A stretch of DNA of 64,000 nucleotides from an uncultured Actinomycetota bacterium (GCA_963829525.1 CAWHIJ010000003.1:1344001-1408000); one strand, 5' to 3'. Shown: positions 29,938 to 41,474, counted from the first letter of the stretch. A program made the numbers and translations. Notes: generated by a model from the sequence alone, not told the origin.

Positions 29938-31587
29938 TCAGTCGTGGCCGTACACCTTCACCTTGGTGCCGAGCGGCGACTCCTTGAAGATCTTGCGGAT
30001 CTGAGGACGCCAGACACGAACACAGGCGTGGCTTGCGGGATACGGCTCGACGAGGTCGTTGCTTACCGAGCCATGAAGGGCGATTCCGGGCCGGTCAGGC
30101 AGGAAGAACATGGGGTCGAGCATGAACGCGCCCGGGTACAGGCTGCTCTCGACCCACCCCTCAACCTTGCGGAAGATGTGGCCGGTTCCACTTGGGGTTC
30201 GGTGACCGACCATGCCGGTGGAAACCCACACCACCCGGCGGAAGTTGTGGTGCTTGACCTGGAACAGCGTCTGGCACGTCTTGTTAACGTAGATGCCATT
30301 CGCGCGCTTGGGTGCTGGAAGACTCGTATGACGCATCACCGACCGCTCCAGGCTCTTGGTCAGGCCGCGGCGGGTCGGTGTCTGTCCGGTCATGTCGCGC
30401 CAGGCGCAGAATGCCTGCCGGGTGCGAACATCCACCACGCCGTCGACGGCTCCCACTGGGACGCCCAGTGCGTCGAGTCGGCGTTCGACGAAGAACCGTC
30501 GGTTTCCGACCATCACCGACAAGCTTTGCGAATGGTCCTGGGCCACCCGGCAGTGACCATGCCGGCACATGGCGGCGGGCTTAAGGACCCGCATGATGTG
30601 CTTGCCGATGTCCCCGAACGAAGTCGACAGGCGGTACCGGGCTCGGTTGAGGGGCTCGCCGGAGCTGTTACGCACCTGTTGAACGGGCGAGACGTCCCGA
30701 GTGACCCATCCCCGGTCCGTGCGCTGCTGCAGCCGAACCCCGCCCAGCTGTGCCGCCGGGTATCCCGGTGTCAGCGTGCCCTTGACGACGAATCGCTCCC
30801 CTGTCGAAACGACCACTTTTGCGTCAGGCCGTGCGAGGTGAAATCGGGTGTCGGGGTTGCCGAGGATGGCGCGGTCAATGGCAGCCTCGGTGACCCGGGG
30901 CCAGACAACGACCACACGCGAAGCGTCTTCACCAGGCCGAGTCCACGGCCAAGGGGCCGCGAACTCGCCGCGACGATTCGTGCGGTCGACGGGTCGGCCG
31001 GTGTCCCCGACATGTCGCACAAGGCGCACAAGCATCCCGCGGACCGGGTCACGGCTCTCGGAGAAGACCACCCGACCCTGAGCGGTGGCACCTGATACAT
31101 CCCCAGATGAAAGACGTCGAGGAGCTTGGGTGATTCGGGTCAGTGTCGGCCAGTCCGAACCCTTGACGACGACTGTTGTCGCAAGGGCGCGACTGACGCA
31201 TGTTCCCGTCCCAGGGCATACCCGAACTCGCGGTTGGTGGCTGCCGTTCATGAAGGAAGCAAGCGTGATCGTGGCTTCCCACGTGCCATTGGTGCGGGTG
31301 CCGCTGACGGGGGTGGCCTTGACATCTGTGAACGAAGCCCGGCCAGTGCTGTCGAACACTACGGGGCGGCGCGCTTGACCATCGGAGCTGTTGACGTCGA
31401 AGGTCAGGATGATGGTCTCGACGTGACTCCGTGACAACGACACTGGAGCAAGGGGTGGGGTGAGGTCGGTGACGGTGACCGAGCCGGTGCCTGCCGTCGC
31501 ACCAGAGGCCGTCACCACCAAGCCTGCGAGAAGGGCGGGAACGATCAGCAGTGTCAACGGTCGCCGAATCAGAGCATGAGAGCGCAT
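29938..31587 (-). CDS. L,D-transpeptidase family protein
   Basis: Signal peptide; PG-binding-like VDGVVD; VSTG..TPSG; ALHG..ASHACVR. Confidence 0.85.
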   Translation of the reverse strand: MRSHALIRRPLTLLIVPALLAGLVVTASGATAGTGSVTVTDLTPPLAPVSLSRSHVETIILTFDVNSSDGQARRPVVFDSTGRASFTDVKATPVSGTRTNGTWEATITLASFMNGSHQPRVRVCPGTGTCVSRALATTVVVKGSDWPTLTRITQAPRRLSSGDVSGATAQGRVVFSESRDPVRGMLVRLVRHVGDTGRPVDRTNRRGEFAAPWPWTRPGEDASRVVVVWPRVTEAAIDRAILGNPDTRFHLARPDAKVVVSTGERFVVKGTLTPGYPAAQLGGVRLQQRTDRGWVTRDVSPVQQVRNSSGEPLNRARYRLSTSFGDIGKHIMRVLKPAAMCRHGHCRVAQDHSQSLSVMVGNRRFFVERRLDALGVPVGAVDGVVDVRTRQAFCAWRDMTGQTPTRRGLTKSLERSVMRHTSLPAPKRANGIYVNKTCQTLFQVKHHNFRRVVWVSTGMVGHRTPSGTGHIFRKVEGWVESSLYPGAFMLDPMFFLPDRPGIALHGSVSNDLVEPYPASHACVRVWRPQIRKIFKESPLGTKVKVYGHD

Positions 31588-31767
31588 GTGACCAGTTTAT
31601 GACGGCAGAGCGTGTGACAAAGGGACCTAGGCCCCCGAGTCTCCCGTCGGCGGGGTTTCAGGGTCTCTGGCGGATGAGCGGTGTAGGCGTGACGATGCGC
31701 GCACCCGATAATCCTTGCCTGGGTAGCGGGCTTGCGGGAAGGTATCGGGAACCGCTGAGGAGGTGCC

Positions 31768-32394
31768 ATGGCCGAGTCCAAACTGGATGCTGTCTACGGA
31801 GCGACGAGCCCGACCGAGCTGGCTTCGGCCTATGACGAGTGGGCAGCTTCCTACGACTCGGACATGGCAGAGGTCGGCTACCGACACCCGGCTGTCGGCC
31901 TCGCGCTGTTGACCCGGCACCTGCCGGTTGGATCCAGACCCATCCTTGACGCAGGCGCAGGCACCGGCCTGATCGGTGAGCTGCTGGGAACCGTCGGCTA
32001 CCCGGAGGTCGACGCCCTCGACGCGTCCCTCGGCATGCTCGAGGTGGCTCGTAGCAAGAACGCCTATCGGGAGTTCCACCATGCGTTTCTTGGTGAGCGG
32101 CTGGCGTTTGACGACGGCAAGTACGCAGCGGTCATCAGCACTGGAGTGTTCACCACGGGGCACGTTGGCGTCGAGGGGCTCTCTGAGCTGTTCCGGGTGG
32201 TCCGACCCGGAGGGGTCATCGTCCTGTCGGTCAAGATGACCCTGTGGGATTCGGGGTTCGCCGATTACTTGACACGGGCCGAGGCCGACGGTGATGTTCG
32301 GGCGCTGGAAGTGACGCCCAGTTATGCGTCCATGCCGGCCGGAGAGGTGACATCACCGTGCGTCGGGGTCGTACTCGGTCGCCCAAGCGTCTAG
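31768..32394 (+). CDS. Class I SAM methyltransferase
   Basis: YDEWAASYD, LDAGAGTG, GVFTTGH. Confidence 0.88.
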   Translation: MAESKLDAVYGATSPTELASAYDEWAASYDSDMAEVGYRHPAVGLALLTRHLPVGSRPILDAGAGTGLIGELLGTVGYPEVDALDASLGMLEVARSKNAYREFHHAFLGERLAFDDGKYAAVISTGVFTTGHVGVEGLSELFRVVRPGGVIVLSVKMTLWDSGFADYLTRAEADGDVRALEVTPSYASMPAGEVTSPCVGVVLGRPSV

Positions 32395-32399
32395 CTGAC

Positions 32400-32855
32400 T
32401 CAGTAGCCGGCGACTCGGAGTGCGAGCAAGGCCCCGAGTTCTTCGCAGGACTCGATTCCCTCTTTCACGGGGGGCCCGGTAACGGACACGTCGGGGGCGA
32501 CCTGCTTCCAGTCCATGCCTCCGACGATCTTGTGGATCGCGCGCAGTGCGCCTGAGGTGTCGTCGTTCCCGTGGACGTATACGCCGTAAGGAAGTCCGCG
32601 GGTGACCTCCAGGCACGGGTAGTAGACCTGGTCGAGGAAGTGCTTGAGGGCACCTGACATGTACCCGATGTTTGCAGGCGTCCCGAGGATCACGCCGTCA
32701 GCTGCCAAGACATCGGCCGGACCGGCCGAGAGGGCTGCCCTGACCTCAACGGTGACGCCCTGGACCTCTGGGTGCTCGGTTCCGCGCAGGACCGCCTCAA
32801 GCATCTCTTGAACGGCAGGAGATGGCGTGTGCTGAACCACCAACAGGGTCGGCAT
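32400..32855 (-). CDS. Flavodoxin-family protein
   Basis: HTPSP, GTPANIGYMSGALKHFLD. Confidence 0.85.
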   Translation of the reverse strand: MPTLLVVQHTPSPAVQEMLEAVLRGTEHPEVQGVTVEVRAALSAGPADVLAADGVILGTPANIGYMSGALKHFLDQVYYPCLEVTRGLPYGVYVHGNDDTSGALRAIHKIVGGMDWKQVAPDVSVTGPPVKEGIESCEELGALLALRVAGY

Positions 32856-32998
32856 TCGCCCATGATGCCTCACTGGGCGTGGCTGGGGCGGCGCACCGAT
32901 TGATGATCTCGACGCCTCCTCTCACGATGGGAAGTGCTATCGGCTAACGTCGAGGCATCCTCGGCCTCTCGGCCGGGCATCGTGTGTGAGGAGCCTCC

Positions 32999-34384
32999 AT
33001 GACTGTCGAGTACAAGGTCGTCAACCCTGCCACAGGAGCAATCGAAAAGAAGTTCCCGACCGCCTCTGACGCCGAGATCAGCTCGGCGATCGCGCGAGCT
33101 GACGGGATCTTCCGCACGCTGGAGCGCTACTCCGCTCGCCGAGCGTGCCGCTGCCATCCATCGAGTGGCCGACATTCATGTCGAGCGGGCCAGTGAACTG
33201 GCCGCCCTGATCACCCGGGAGATGGGCAAGACAACTGCAGAGGCGATCGACGAAGTCGAGTACTCGGCGGACATCTACCGCTACTACGCTGACCAGGCCT
33301 CCACCCTCCTCGCCGACGAGCCGCTGGAAGCGACATCGGGTGGTAACGCGTTCATTCGCAAGGCACCGATCGGCCCGCTGCTCGGGATCATGCCGTGGAA
33401 CTACCCCTACTACCAGGTGGCTCGCTTCGCCGGTCCGAACTTGCTCGTGGGCAACACCATCCTCCTCAAGCACGCACCACAGTGCCCCGAGTCCGCCCTT
33501 GCGATGGAAGCACATCTTCCACGAGGCGGGTGTTCCAGCCGACGCGTACATCAACCTCTTCGCCACCAACGAGCAGGCCGCTGACGTGATCGCCGACCCC
33601 CGGGTGCGTGGCGTGTCGGTGACCGGCAGTGAGCGCGCCGGCACGGCGGTCGCCTCGCTTGCCGGCCAACACCTCAAGAAGGTCGTCCTCGAGCTCGGCG
33701 GTTCGGACGCTTTCATCGTGCTCGACACCGACGATCTGCCCCAGGTGGCCAAGGACGCCGTCGCGGCTCGCATGGAGAACACTGGACAGGCATGCAACGC
33801 CGCCAAGCGCTTCATCGTGGCCGAGCCGCTCTACACCGAGTTCGTCGACCTCTTCGCGGCAGAGATGGCCAAGCTGACCATCGGTGATCCCGCTGACCCA
33901 ACGGTCTCCTACGGCCCGCTCTCGTCAGAGGCGGCAGCGACCGGGCTGATGGCGCAGGTGCAGGACGCCATCGACAAGGGCGCGACGGTCCACACCGGCG
34001 GAAGCCGGATCGACGGACCCGGGGCCTTCATCCAGCCAACCGTGCTGACCGACGTCACGCCGGAGATGCGTGCGTACCGCGAGGAGCTCTTCGGGCCCGT
34101 GGCCGTGATCTACAAGGTGAGCGACGCCGAGGAGGCCCTGTCGCTTGCCAATGACTCGCCGTTCGGTCTCGGTGGCGCTGTGTACCACTCCGACCCGGAC
34201 ATCGCCCTCGACATCGCCAACCGACTCGACACCGGAATGGTGTGGATCAACGAGCCCGAGGGTGGCGGACCTGAGCTGCCCATTCGGTGGCACGAAGCGG
34301 TCCGGCGTCGGTCGCGAGCTCGGCCCCTACGGCATCGACGAGTTCGTCAACCGCAAACTGATCCACATTCCTGCCGAGAAGTGA
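32999..34384 (+). CDS. NAD-dependent succinate-semialdehyde dehydrogenase-like ALDH (several frameshifts)
   Basis: [49 protein letters not shown] across 4 frames. Confidence 0.85.
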
Positions 34385-34432
34385 CCCGAGAGCCTTCATC
34401 GTGATGGCCGTCGCGCGGTAGTTTCTTGCCCC

Positions 34433-35867
34433 ATGGAAGAAGTGCGGTTGGCGCCGCGGTCACCTGAAGCACTGGCCGGAATCATCGGCCCCGAGCGCGT
34501 CGAGCGCTTGCTCGCGCGCGATGCGGCAGCCATGCGTTCAGTTCTGCGAAACCACAGCGTCATCAACATCAACTCCACGCCAGCTGGCGGGGGAGTGGCC
34601 GAGATGTTGCAGGTGTTGCTGCCGCTCACGCGTGGCGCTGACATCGACGCCCGGTGGCTGGTCATCGATGGGGACCCCGAGTTCTTCATCGATCACCAAG
34701 CGCATCCATCACCATCTGCATGGCCAGCCCGGAGACGGGCGGCCGCTGAGTGACGGCGATACCGAGCACTACCAGAACGTGATGAAGCGGAACATCGAGG
34801 AGCTCTCGGCGATCGTGGTCGAGGGTGATGTGGTGATCCTGCATGACCCGCAGACGGCCGGCATCGCCGAGTATCTCTCGACCCGAGGCATCCCCGTTGT
34901 CTGGCGGTGCCACGTGGGTGTCGACGGACGGAACGAGTGGTCCGAGGATGCGTGGGCGTTCCTCCGTCCCTACCTCGAGCCGTATGTCGACGCGTACGTG
35001 TTCACCCGCGCTGAGTACGCCCCTTCTTGGGTGCCCCAGGACCGAGTGCGTGTCATTCGACCCAGCATCGACCCACTGGCGCCGAAGAACGCCGTCATGT
35101 GTCGCGGGACGCAGACGCAGTCCATCCTCGCGCACGTTGGCATCATCGACGGACCGCGAATCGGCCCCGTGTCGTTCACGCGCTCGGACGGGACGCCTGG
35201 GCGTGTGGAGCGGTTCGCGGACATCATCAGGACAGGACCGCCACCGCCCCCTGAAGCCCCGCTGGTGGTGCAGGTGAGCCGATGGGACCCGCTCAAGGAC
35301 ATGATCGGCGTCATGCACGGCTTCGTCGAGCACGTTCTCGACGGCTCCGACGCCCACCTCGTGCTGGCCGGACCGGTGGTGACCGCCGTCGCCGACGACC
35401 CTGAAGCTGCAGTCGAGCTGAACAAGACGTGGGAGCAGTGGCGGGCGATGCACCACCACCAACGCAGCCGCGTCCAGTTGGTCTGTCTTCCGATGTCCGA
35501 CATCGAGGAGAACGCCGTCATCGTCAATGCCCTTCAACGCCACTCGTCTGTGGTGGCCCAGAAGAGCCTCGCTGAAGGGTTCGGACTCACAGTTACCGAG
35601 GCGATGTTCAAGGGGGTCCCCGTCGTGGCCTCGAACGTTGGTGGGATCCGCGATCAGATCATCGATGGTGAAAGCGGCCTGCTTGTGGAGTCGCCACACG
35701 ACCTGGCCGAGTTCGGTGCGTCACTTAATCGGGTGCTGGATGATCCGACGTTGGCAGCACGGCTCGCAGAAGGGGGACGGCGCCGGGCGATCGACTACTT
35801 CCTTCCCGATACCTCGCTCGGGCAGTGGGAGGAGCTGCTCGTCAGCGTTATGGCTCCGAGAGCCTAG
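34433..35867 (+). CDS. GT4 glycosyltransferase, TreT-like trehalose synthase (frameshift near 34690)
   Basis: NSTPAGGGVAEML, HDPQ, WRCH, QVSRWDPLKD, EGFGLTVTEA. Confidence 0.82.
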
Positions 35868-35871
35868 GTAG

Positions 35872-37215
35872 ATGCAGATCGTCGACGCTGTAGTCGTGGG
35901 TGCCGGGTTTTCTGGGCTGGCCGCAGCTCGCGACCTGGCTACCGGGGGTGCCAGGGTCGTCGTGCTGGAGGCAGCTGATCGCGTCGGGGGACGCGTTAAC
36001 ACCTTGCGTGACGGCGACCGATGGATCGAACTGGGTGGCCAGTGGTCCGGACCGGGCCAAGACCGGTTGCTCGCGCTTGCCGCTCACTACGGAGTGGCGA
36101 CCTTCAAGACGCCGCACCACGGGATTGACCTCCATGTCAGCGATGGCCGGGTGGTCCCGGACTCTGAAGTCCCCGCCTCGGATGCGGCTCATGCTGTCGT
36201 CGAGCAGCTAGATGCCTTGGCTGCGACAGTTCCACCGACCGAGCCCTGGCGAGCATCGAAGGCGCTGCAGTGGGATTCCTTGACGTTTGCCTCGTGGCTC
36301 GACGAAGAGGTTGCTGACGCCTCTGCAAGGCTCCGCATCCGTCAGCATCTGGAAGGCCTCATGACGGTGACCGCGGACCGCATGTCGCTGCTGACTGTTC
36401 TGCACGGCGCCATGACCAGTGGAACGCTGTCGGCGGCCATGGGGATCGAGGGAGGAGCACAAGAGCTGCGCTTCGCCGGAGGGCTGCACCAGCTTGCCGA
36501 GTGCTTAGCCCTGGACCTCGGTGTGGTGGTGCGGCTGCGGCACGAGGTGACGGCCATCGATCTTCAGGGCGCGTCGGCGGTCGTACACACCACCCAAGGT
36601 GACTACCGGGCCGGACACGTCGTCGTTGCCGTCCCGCCCTCGGGCGTTGGCCCTATCGAGTTCTTGCCAGGACTTCCCTCCACTCACACCGACCTCGAGA
36701 CGATGATGCCGATGGGGTCGGTCATCAAGCTCAACGCGGTTTTTGAACGGCCGTTCTGGCGCGATGCGGGATGGTCAGGGCTCGTCACCGATGACGATGG
36801 CCCGCTCTCCTTCATGGTCGACAACAGCTCACCAGATATCGATGAAGGGGTATTGACCACCTTCCTGTCGGCAAGTCTGGCGCGTGAGTGGGGCGACGCC
36901 CGGCTTGGAGTCACGGCCTCCAGTCAGCGACGGCAGCTCATGACCGACCATGTTCGGCTCGTTTTCGGTGCCGACAGTCCCGACCCGATCGACTTTGTCG
37001 ACTGCGACTGGGTTGCCGAGCCTTGGATCGGTGGGGGCTACTCCGGGGTCATGCGACCGAAAGGCTGGCTCTCGCTGGGACCGTCACTACGCAAACCCGT
37101 CGGTCCTGTGCACTGGGCGTCGTCGGAACGCGCCACGATGTGGACCGGTTACGTCGAGGGTGCCTTGGAGTCTGGAGAACGTGCCGCACGCGAAGTGCTG
37201 GCGTCACACGACTAG
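35872..37215 (+). CDS. Flavin monoamine oxidase family protein
   Basis: VGAGFSGL, RVGGR, ELGGQW, GYVEGALESGERAA. Confidence 0.9.
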   Translation: MQIVDAVVVGAGFSGLAAARDLATGGARVVVLEAADRVGGRVNTLRDGDRWIELGGQWSGPGQDRLLALAAHYGVATFKTPHHGIDLHVSDGRVVPDSEVPASDAAHAVVEQLDALAATVPPTEPWRASKALQWDSLTFASWLDEEVADASARLRIRQHLEGLMTVTADRMSLLTVLHGAMTSGTLSAAMGIEGGAQELRFAGGLHQLAECLALDLGVVVRLRHEVTAIDLQGASAVVHTTQGDYRAGHVVVAVPPSGVGPIEFLPGLPSTHTDLETMMPMGSVIKLNAVFERPFWRDAGWSGLVTDDDGPLSFMVDNSSPDIDEGVLTTFLSASLAREWGDARLGVTASSQRRQLMTDHVRLVFGADSPDPIDFVDCDWVAEPWIGGGYSGVMRPKGWLSLGPSLRKPVGPVHWASSERATMWTGYVEGALESGERAAREVLASHD

Positions 37216-37265
37216 GCGGGACCTTGGCCCCAAAGTTCGGGGCTGTCCCGTCCTACCCTGGAGGT

Positions 37266-39575
37266 GTGAAGCGCTGGTCCGACCGCCTCGAGCAGGCCAC
37301 GTTTGCGCTATCGGCTGCCCTCCTTGCCGTCGGGGTGGTGGCATGGCTGGTCGGGGCACACTCGGCTGCTCAGGCAGTCTGGTTCGGTGCCACGGCATTT
37401 GGCCTCGCGCTGTCGACGATCTGGTTGGTGCAGGAACTTCTGGCGCGGCATCTTGGCGTTGACGTCGTCGCCTGGTTGGCGCTGCTGGGAACGCTCCTTG
37501 TCGACGAGCCCCTCGCCGGCGCCATCATCACGCTGATGCTCACGACGGGTCGGGTGCTCGAGGCCCGGGCCCAGGCCCGGGCCCAGCACGAGTTGACGCT
37601 CCTGGTCGCCCGCGCTCCCCGGACTGCGCGTCGCTTGGCCTCCGATGACATCACCGTCGTCCCCATTGACGAGGTGGTCCGTGGTGACCGGCTGCTTGTG
37701 GCGTCCGGTGAGGTTGTTCCCGTGGACGGGAGGCTGCTCACCGGTGGAACGTTCGACGAGTCGTCGTTGACCGGCGAGTCGAACCCGGTCGAACGCGAGG
37801 TCGGCGAAGAGGTTCGCTCCGGTGTCATCAACGCGGGTTCCTCAGCCGAGATGATCGCCACGACGCTCGCCGCGGAGTCGACATACAGCCAGATTGTTCG
37901 ACTGGTTGAAGAGGCCCAAGCATCATCAGCACCGTTCGTTCGAACGGCAGACCGGTTTGCCGCGATCTTCGTGCCCTTCACCTTGCTGCTGGCCGGGGTC
38001 GCCTGGTGGGTGTCGGGCGACCCGGTTCGTGCAGTTGCCGTGTTGGTCGTGGCGACTCCGTGTCCGCTTCTGCTTGCCGCCCCGATCGCGATCATGTCGG
38101 GTCTCTCCCAGGCCGCCAAGGCAGGCGCCGTGGTCAAGGGCGGTGGCGCGCTGGAGCGTCTGGCCGAAGGGCGGGTGCTGCTCTTCGACAAGACCGGCAC
38201 CTTGACGCTGGGGCATCCGGTGGTCACCACGGTGGTCACCGAAAACTCTGAGGTGCGTCGAAGCCTGCAGTTGGCTGCCAGCCTGGACCAGGTTTCGCCG
38301 CACGTCCTGGCCGGAGCCATCGTCTCGCACGCTGGCCATCTCGGGCTCGAGCTTCTTCCACCAACTGACGTGCAGGTGAGGCACGGGTACGGACTCGAAG
38401 GCACCGTTGACGGGCATGCGGTGCGAGTTGGCCGCCTCGACTGGGTCTGTCCGGATACGGTGCCCGTGTGGTTGAGGCGTGCCTCCCGGCGCGCGAGCCT
38501 CGAAGGGGCGCTCACTGTCTTCGTCGGTGTCGACGGAACCCCCAGCAGCGCCGTGCTGCTCACCGATCCGCTGCGTCCGGACGCCCACCGTATGCTGCGA
38601 GCACTGCGTGCGGCCGGGCTCGAGCGGGTTGTTCTGGTAACCGGAGACCGAGCCGATGCCGCCGAGTCGATCGGGCGATTGGTTGGGGTGGATGCGGTGC
38701 ACGCAGAAACCGATCCCGGCGAGAAGGTCGGCGTGGTGCTGGACGAGGCCCAGCGCGGGCCGACCGTCATGGTTGGAGACGGCATCAACGATGCGCCGGC
38801 TCTCGCGGCAGCTTCGGTGGGTGTTGCCATGGCTGCTCACGGAACCACGGCGTCCTCGGAGACCGCAGACGTGGTCTTGACTGTCGATCGGATCGATCGT
38901 CTCGCCGATGTCATCGCCATCGCCAGGCGATCGCGACGCATCGCCATCCAGAGTGTCGTAGTCGGGATGGGATTTTCTGGATTTCTGATGCTGGTGGCTG
39001 CCGTCGGCTATCTACCACCTGCCTGGGGAGCCTTGTCGCAGGAGCTCGTCGACGTCCTGGCGATCGCGATTGCCCTCACGGCACTGCGTCCCCCGCCTCG
39101 GGTGATCCCGCAGGTGAGCGATGCCGATGCCGAGATCGTCAGACGGCACCTGGCCGACCACCAGTTGGTCGCACAGACCGTCGAGCGGGTTGGCTCGCTT
39201 GCTGATCGCCTTGGCGGCGACTCTGGCGACGCCGCTGACATCAATACTCTGGTGGCCGAGCTCGAGAACGAGCTCGTTCCCCACGAGCTGGCGGAGGAGG
39301 ACGAGCTCTACCCCCTGATGTCGAGGGCCATGGGAGGCGACCAGCTCCTAGCCGGACTGAGCCGTACGCACTCCGAAATCGAGCACCAGGTGCGCAAGCT
39401 CAGGCACATGGCGGACGCGATCGGCCCCGGCCCTCTGGAAAGCGATGACCTGCTCGAGCTGCGCCGCATGCTGTATGGCCTCTATGGCGTGATGCGTCTG
39501 CACAACGCCCAGGAGGAAGAGGAGCTCTACAGCCTGCTCGGGACGGCCGCCCCCAGACCGCAGAAGGCCATCTGA
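37266..39575 (+). CDS. P1B-5 heavy-metal P-type ATPase with C-terminal hemerythrin domain
   Basis: TGES, TPCP, DKTGT, GDGINDAP, QELVD; hemerythrin H / HELAEE / H / HNAQEE. Confidence 0.9.
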   Translation: MKRWSDRLEQATFALSAALLAVGVVAWLVGAHSAAQAVWFGATAFGLALSTIWLVQELLARHLGVDVVAWLALLGTLLVDEPLAGAIITLMLTTGRVLEARAQARAQHELTLLVARAPRTARRLASDDITVVPIDEVVRGDRLLVASGEVVPVDGRLLTGGTFDESSLTGESNPVEREVGEEVRSGVINAGSSAEMIATTLAAESTYSQIVRLVEEAQASSAPFVRTADRFAAIFVPFTLLLAGVAWWVSGDPVRAVAVLVVATPCPLLLAAPIAIMSGLSQAAKAGAVVKGGGALERLAEGRVLLFDKTGTLTLGHPVVTTVVTENSEVRRSLQLAASLDQVSPHVLAGAIVSHAGHLGLELLPPTDVQVRHGYGLEGTVDGHAVRVGRLDWVCPDTVPVWLRRASRRASLEGALTVFVGVDGTPSSAVLLTDPLRPDAHRMLRALRAAGLERVVLVTGDRADAAESIGRLVGVDAVHAETDPGEKVGVVLDEAQRGPTVMVGDGINDAPALAAASVGVAMAAHGTTASSETADVVLTVDRIDRLADVIAIARRSRRIAIQSVVVGMGFSGFLMLVAAVGYLPPAWGALSQELVDVLAIAIALTALRPPPRVIPQVSDADAEIVRRHLADHQLVAQTVERVGSLADRLGGDSGDAADINTLVAELENELVPHELAEEDELYPLMSRAMGGDQLLAGLSRTHSEIEHQVRKLRHMADAIGPGPLESDDLLELRRMLYGLYGVMRLHNAQEEEELYSLLGTAAPRPQKAI

Positions 39576-39588
39576 TGCGCGCGGGCCG

Positions 39589-40668
39589 TTGGTCCTTGGG
39601 TTCGGCGCAACGGCTCGGGAGAATGCTGTGGTGACCCGACGAGCGAGCGTTCGGCAGTTCAACAGCCGACGCGGTGGATTCGACGTGGCGCGCCAGGTGC
39701 GATGGCTCGTGTTGGCGCTCATCTCTGTTCTGCTGATTGGGACCGGTGGATACCTGCTGCTCGGGCTGCCGCTGCTGGAGGCTGCTTACTCAACCGTTTT
39801 CGTCGTCACCACCGTTGGCTTCCGCGAGCCTTACGAACTGACCACGGCTGGAAAGATCTTCACGATGCTGCTGATGCTCGGCGGCATCGGCACCGTGCTG
39901 TACTCGCTGACCCTGCTGGTCGCGATCTTCGTCGACGGACACGTCAGCACCTTGTTGGAAGGGCGCCGCATGCAACGACACATCGATGGACTTCAACACC
40001 ATGTGATCATCTGTGGATTTGGCCGAGTGGGGCGGGCCAGCGCCCATGAGCTGAGCCGTTCCGGACGCCAGATCGTCATCGTCGAGGTGGACGAGGACCG
40101 GTTGAGCAACTGCCCGTATCCGTCCGTTGAGGGTGACAGCACCGACGACGATGTTCTGCGTCGGGCCGGAGTCGAAAGCGCCTACGCTCTGGTGGCGTCT
40201 CTGGAGAACGACGCAGACTCGCTCTTCGTCACGTTGAGTGCTCGGGCGCTCAACGAGAAACTGCTGATCATCGCGAGGGCGCGCACCGAGGAAGCTGTTC
40301 CGAAGTTCGAGCGGGCCGGTGCCGACCGAGTGGTGAATCCGCAGCGGTTGGGTGGCGATCGAATCGCTGCATTCGCTGAGCAGCCGCACGTTGTCGACTT
40401 TCTCGACGTGGCCATGCATGACGCTGACATCGAGTTCCGGCTCGAGGACTTCGAGGTGGCGAGAGGCTCAGTGCTGGCAGGTATGACGGTCCGCGACGCT
40501 CGTCAGCACGAGGGCGGCGGAGCAATGTTGCTCGCGCTGAGGGAGACAGGTGGCCAGTTCGTGACGAACCCGCCTCCGGATCGAGTGATCGGGCCGGGGG
40601 ACGCGGTCATCGCGATCGGCACCGATATCCAGCTGAAGACGCTGCGCAATGCCTCTCAGCAGAAGTAG
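39589..40668 (+). CDS. Potassium channel with TrkA-N/TrkA-C (RCK) domains
   Basis: TTVGF pore motif, ICGFGRVG, GADRVVNP; start uncertain. Confidence 0.88.
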   Translation: MVLGFGATARENAVVTRRASVRQFNSRRGGFDVARQVRWLVLALISVLLIGTGGYLLLGLPLLEAAYSTVFVVTTVGFREPYELTTAGKIFTMLLMLGGIGTVLYSLTLLVAIFVDGHVSTLLEGRRMQRHIDGLQHHVIICGFGRVGRASAHELSRSGRQIVIVEVDEDRLSNCPYPSVEGDSTDDDVLRRAGVESAYALVASLENDADSLFVTLSARALNEKLLIIARARTEEAVPKFERAGADRVVNPQRLGGDRIAAFAEQPHVVDFLDVAMHDADIEFRLEDFEVARGSVLAGMTVRDARQHEGGGAMLLALRETGGQFVTNPPPDRVIGPGDAVIAIGTDIQLKTLRNASQQK

Positions 40669-40733
40669 CCGCAGTCGGTGCCGTTCTCGGTGTCGATGAG
40701 CCCATAGGCGGGCACTGCGACCCGGTTGTTCGT

Positions 40734-41474
40734 CTAACCCGCTAGCGTCCCGGCAAAGACCTGCCAGGCGAGGGCCGACTTGGCAACCAGGCTGAGAGTG
40801 ACGTAGGTGCGCTCGCCCACCAAGTAGTTCGACCAGCGTCCTACCTGCTTGTACTGCAGCCACTGGTTCAAGGCGAAGATGTTGAAGAAGAAGAAGAGGG
40901 ACACGAAGATGCCGTACACGAAAACCGGCGGCTCAGCTCCTGATGTCGAACCGGGAGCAATCAGGTACCAGGTGATGGCGAGCCACGGCACGGTTCCGGC
41001 GATGCATCCGAAGATGAAGGGCAGCCAACCCCCACTCCCTGGGCTTTCATATGTCTCCTGCAGCCAGCCGAACAGGATCATGGCGGCATTGGCACCGAAG
41101 ATGGCGATGATTGCCGCGATGTCGCTGATCCCGGTGAGCTGAGCGATGAGCACGATCATGATCGACGACGAGATGGCGTACTCGACCCAGCGTGCCTCGT
41201 TCCGCTGAAGTGCAAGGTTTCTTTCGTACCAGGGGTAAACCCATGGGCTGATGATGATGAGGTGCGCGACTGCCGACAGTGCCAGGAAGCCAGCTACGGC
41301 GAGGCCGACGGGGGTGTCGAAGAGGGTGACGGTGTCACTGGGAGTAGTCCCCGGCGGCCCGGCGAGGTAGGTAGCGGTGACCGGCAAGGTGAACCCGTTT
41401 GCGAGCGCCACGATCAAGGCGGCCTGCACAGCGTGGAAGAGGGCGGCGACCAGGTTGTAACGACGCAGACTCAT
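40734..41474 (-). CDS. heR: Heliorhodopsin
   Basis: LRRYNL..FH, NEARWVEYAISSSIM, GERTYVTLSLVAKSALAWQVF (retinal Lys in SLVAK). Confidence 0.95.
   Translation of the reverse strand: MSLRRYNLVAALFHAVQAALIVALANGFTLPVTATYLAGPPGTTPSDTVTLFDTPVGLAVAGFLALSAVAHLIIISPWVYPWYERNLALQRNEARWVEYAISSSIMIVLIAQLTGISDIAAIIAIFGANAAMILFGWLQETYESPGSGGWLPFIFGCIAGTVPWLAITWYLIAPGSTSGAEPPVFVYGIFVSLFFFFNIFALNQWLQYKQVGRWSNYLVGERTYVTLSLVAKSALAWQVFAGTLAG

Noticed and set aside
36888-37265. N-terminal extension of the 895-aa ATPase ORF
   Set aside because: It overlaps the amine oxidase; GGAGG plus GTG at 37266 is the likelier start.
37370-38830. Long antisense or shadow ORFs (also 17212-18627, 29899-31095, 46296-47597, 52755-54041)
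   Set aside because: These are typical high-GC shadows of well-supported genes on the opposite strand.
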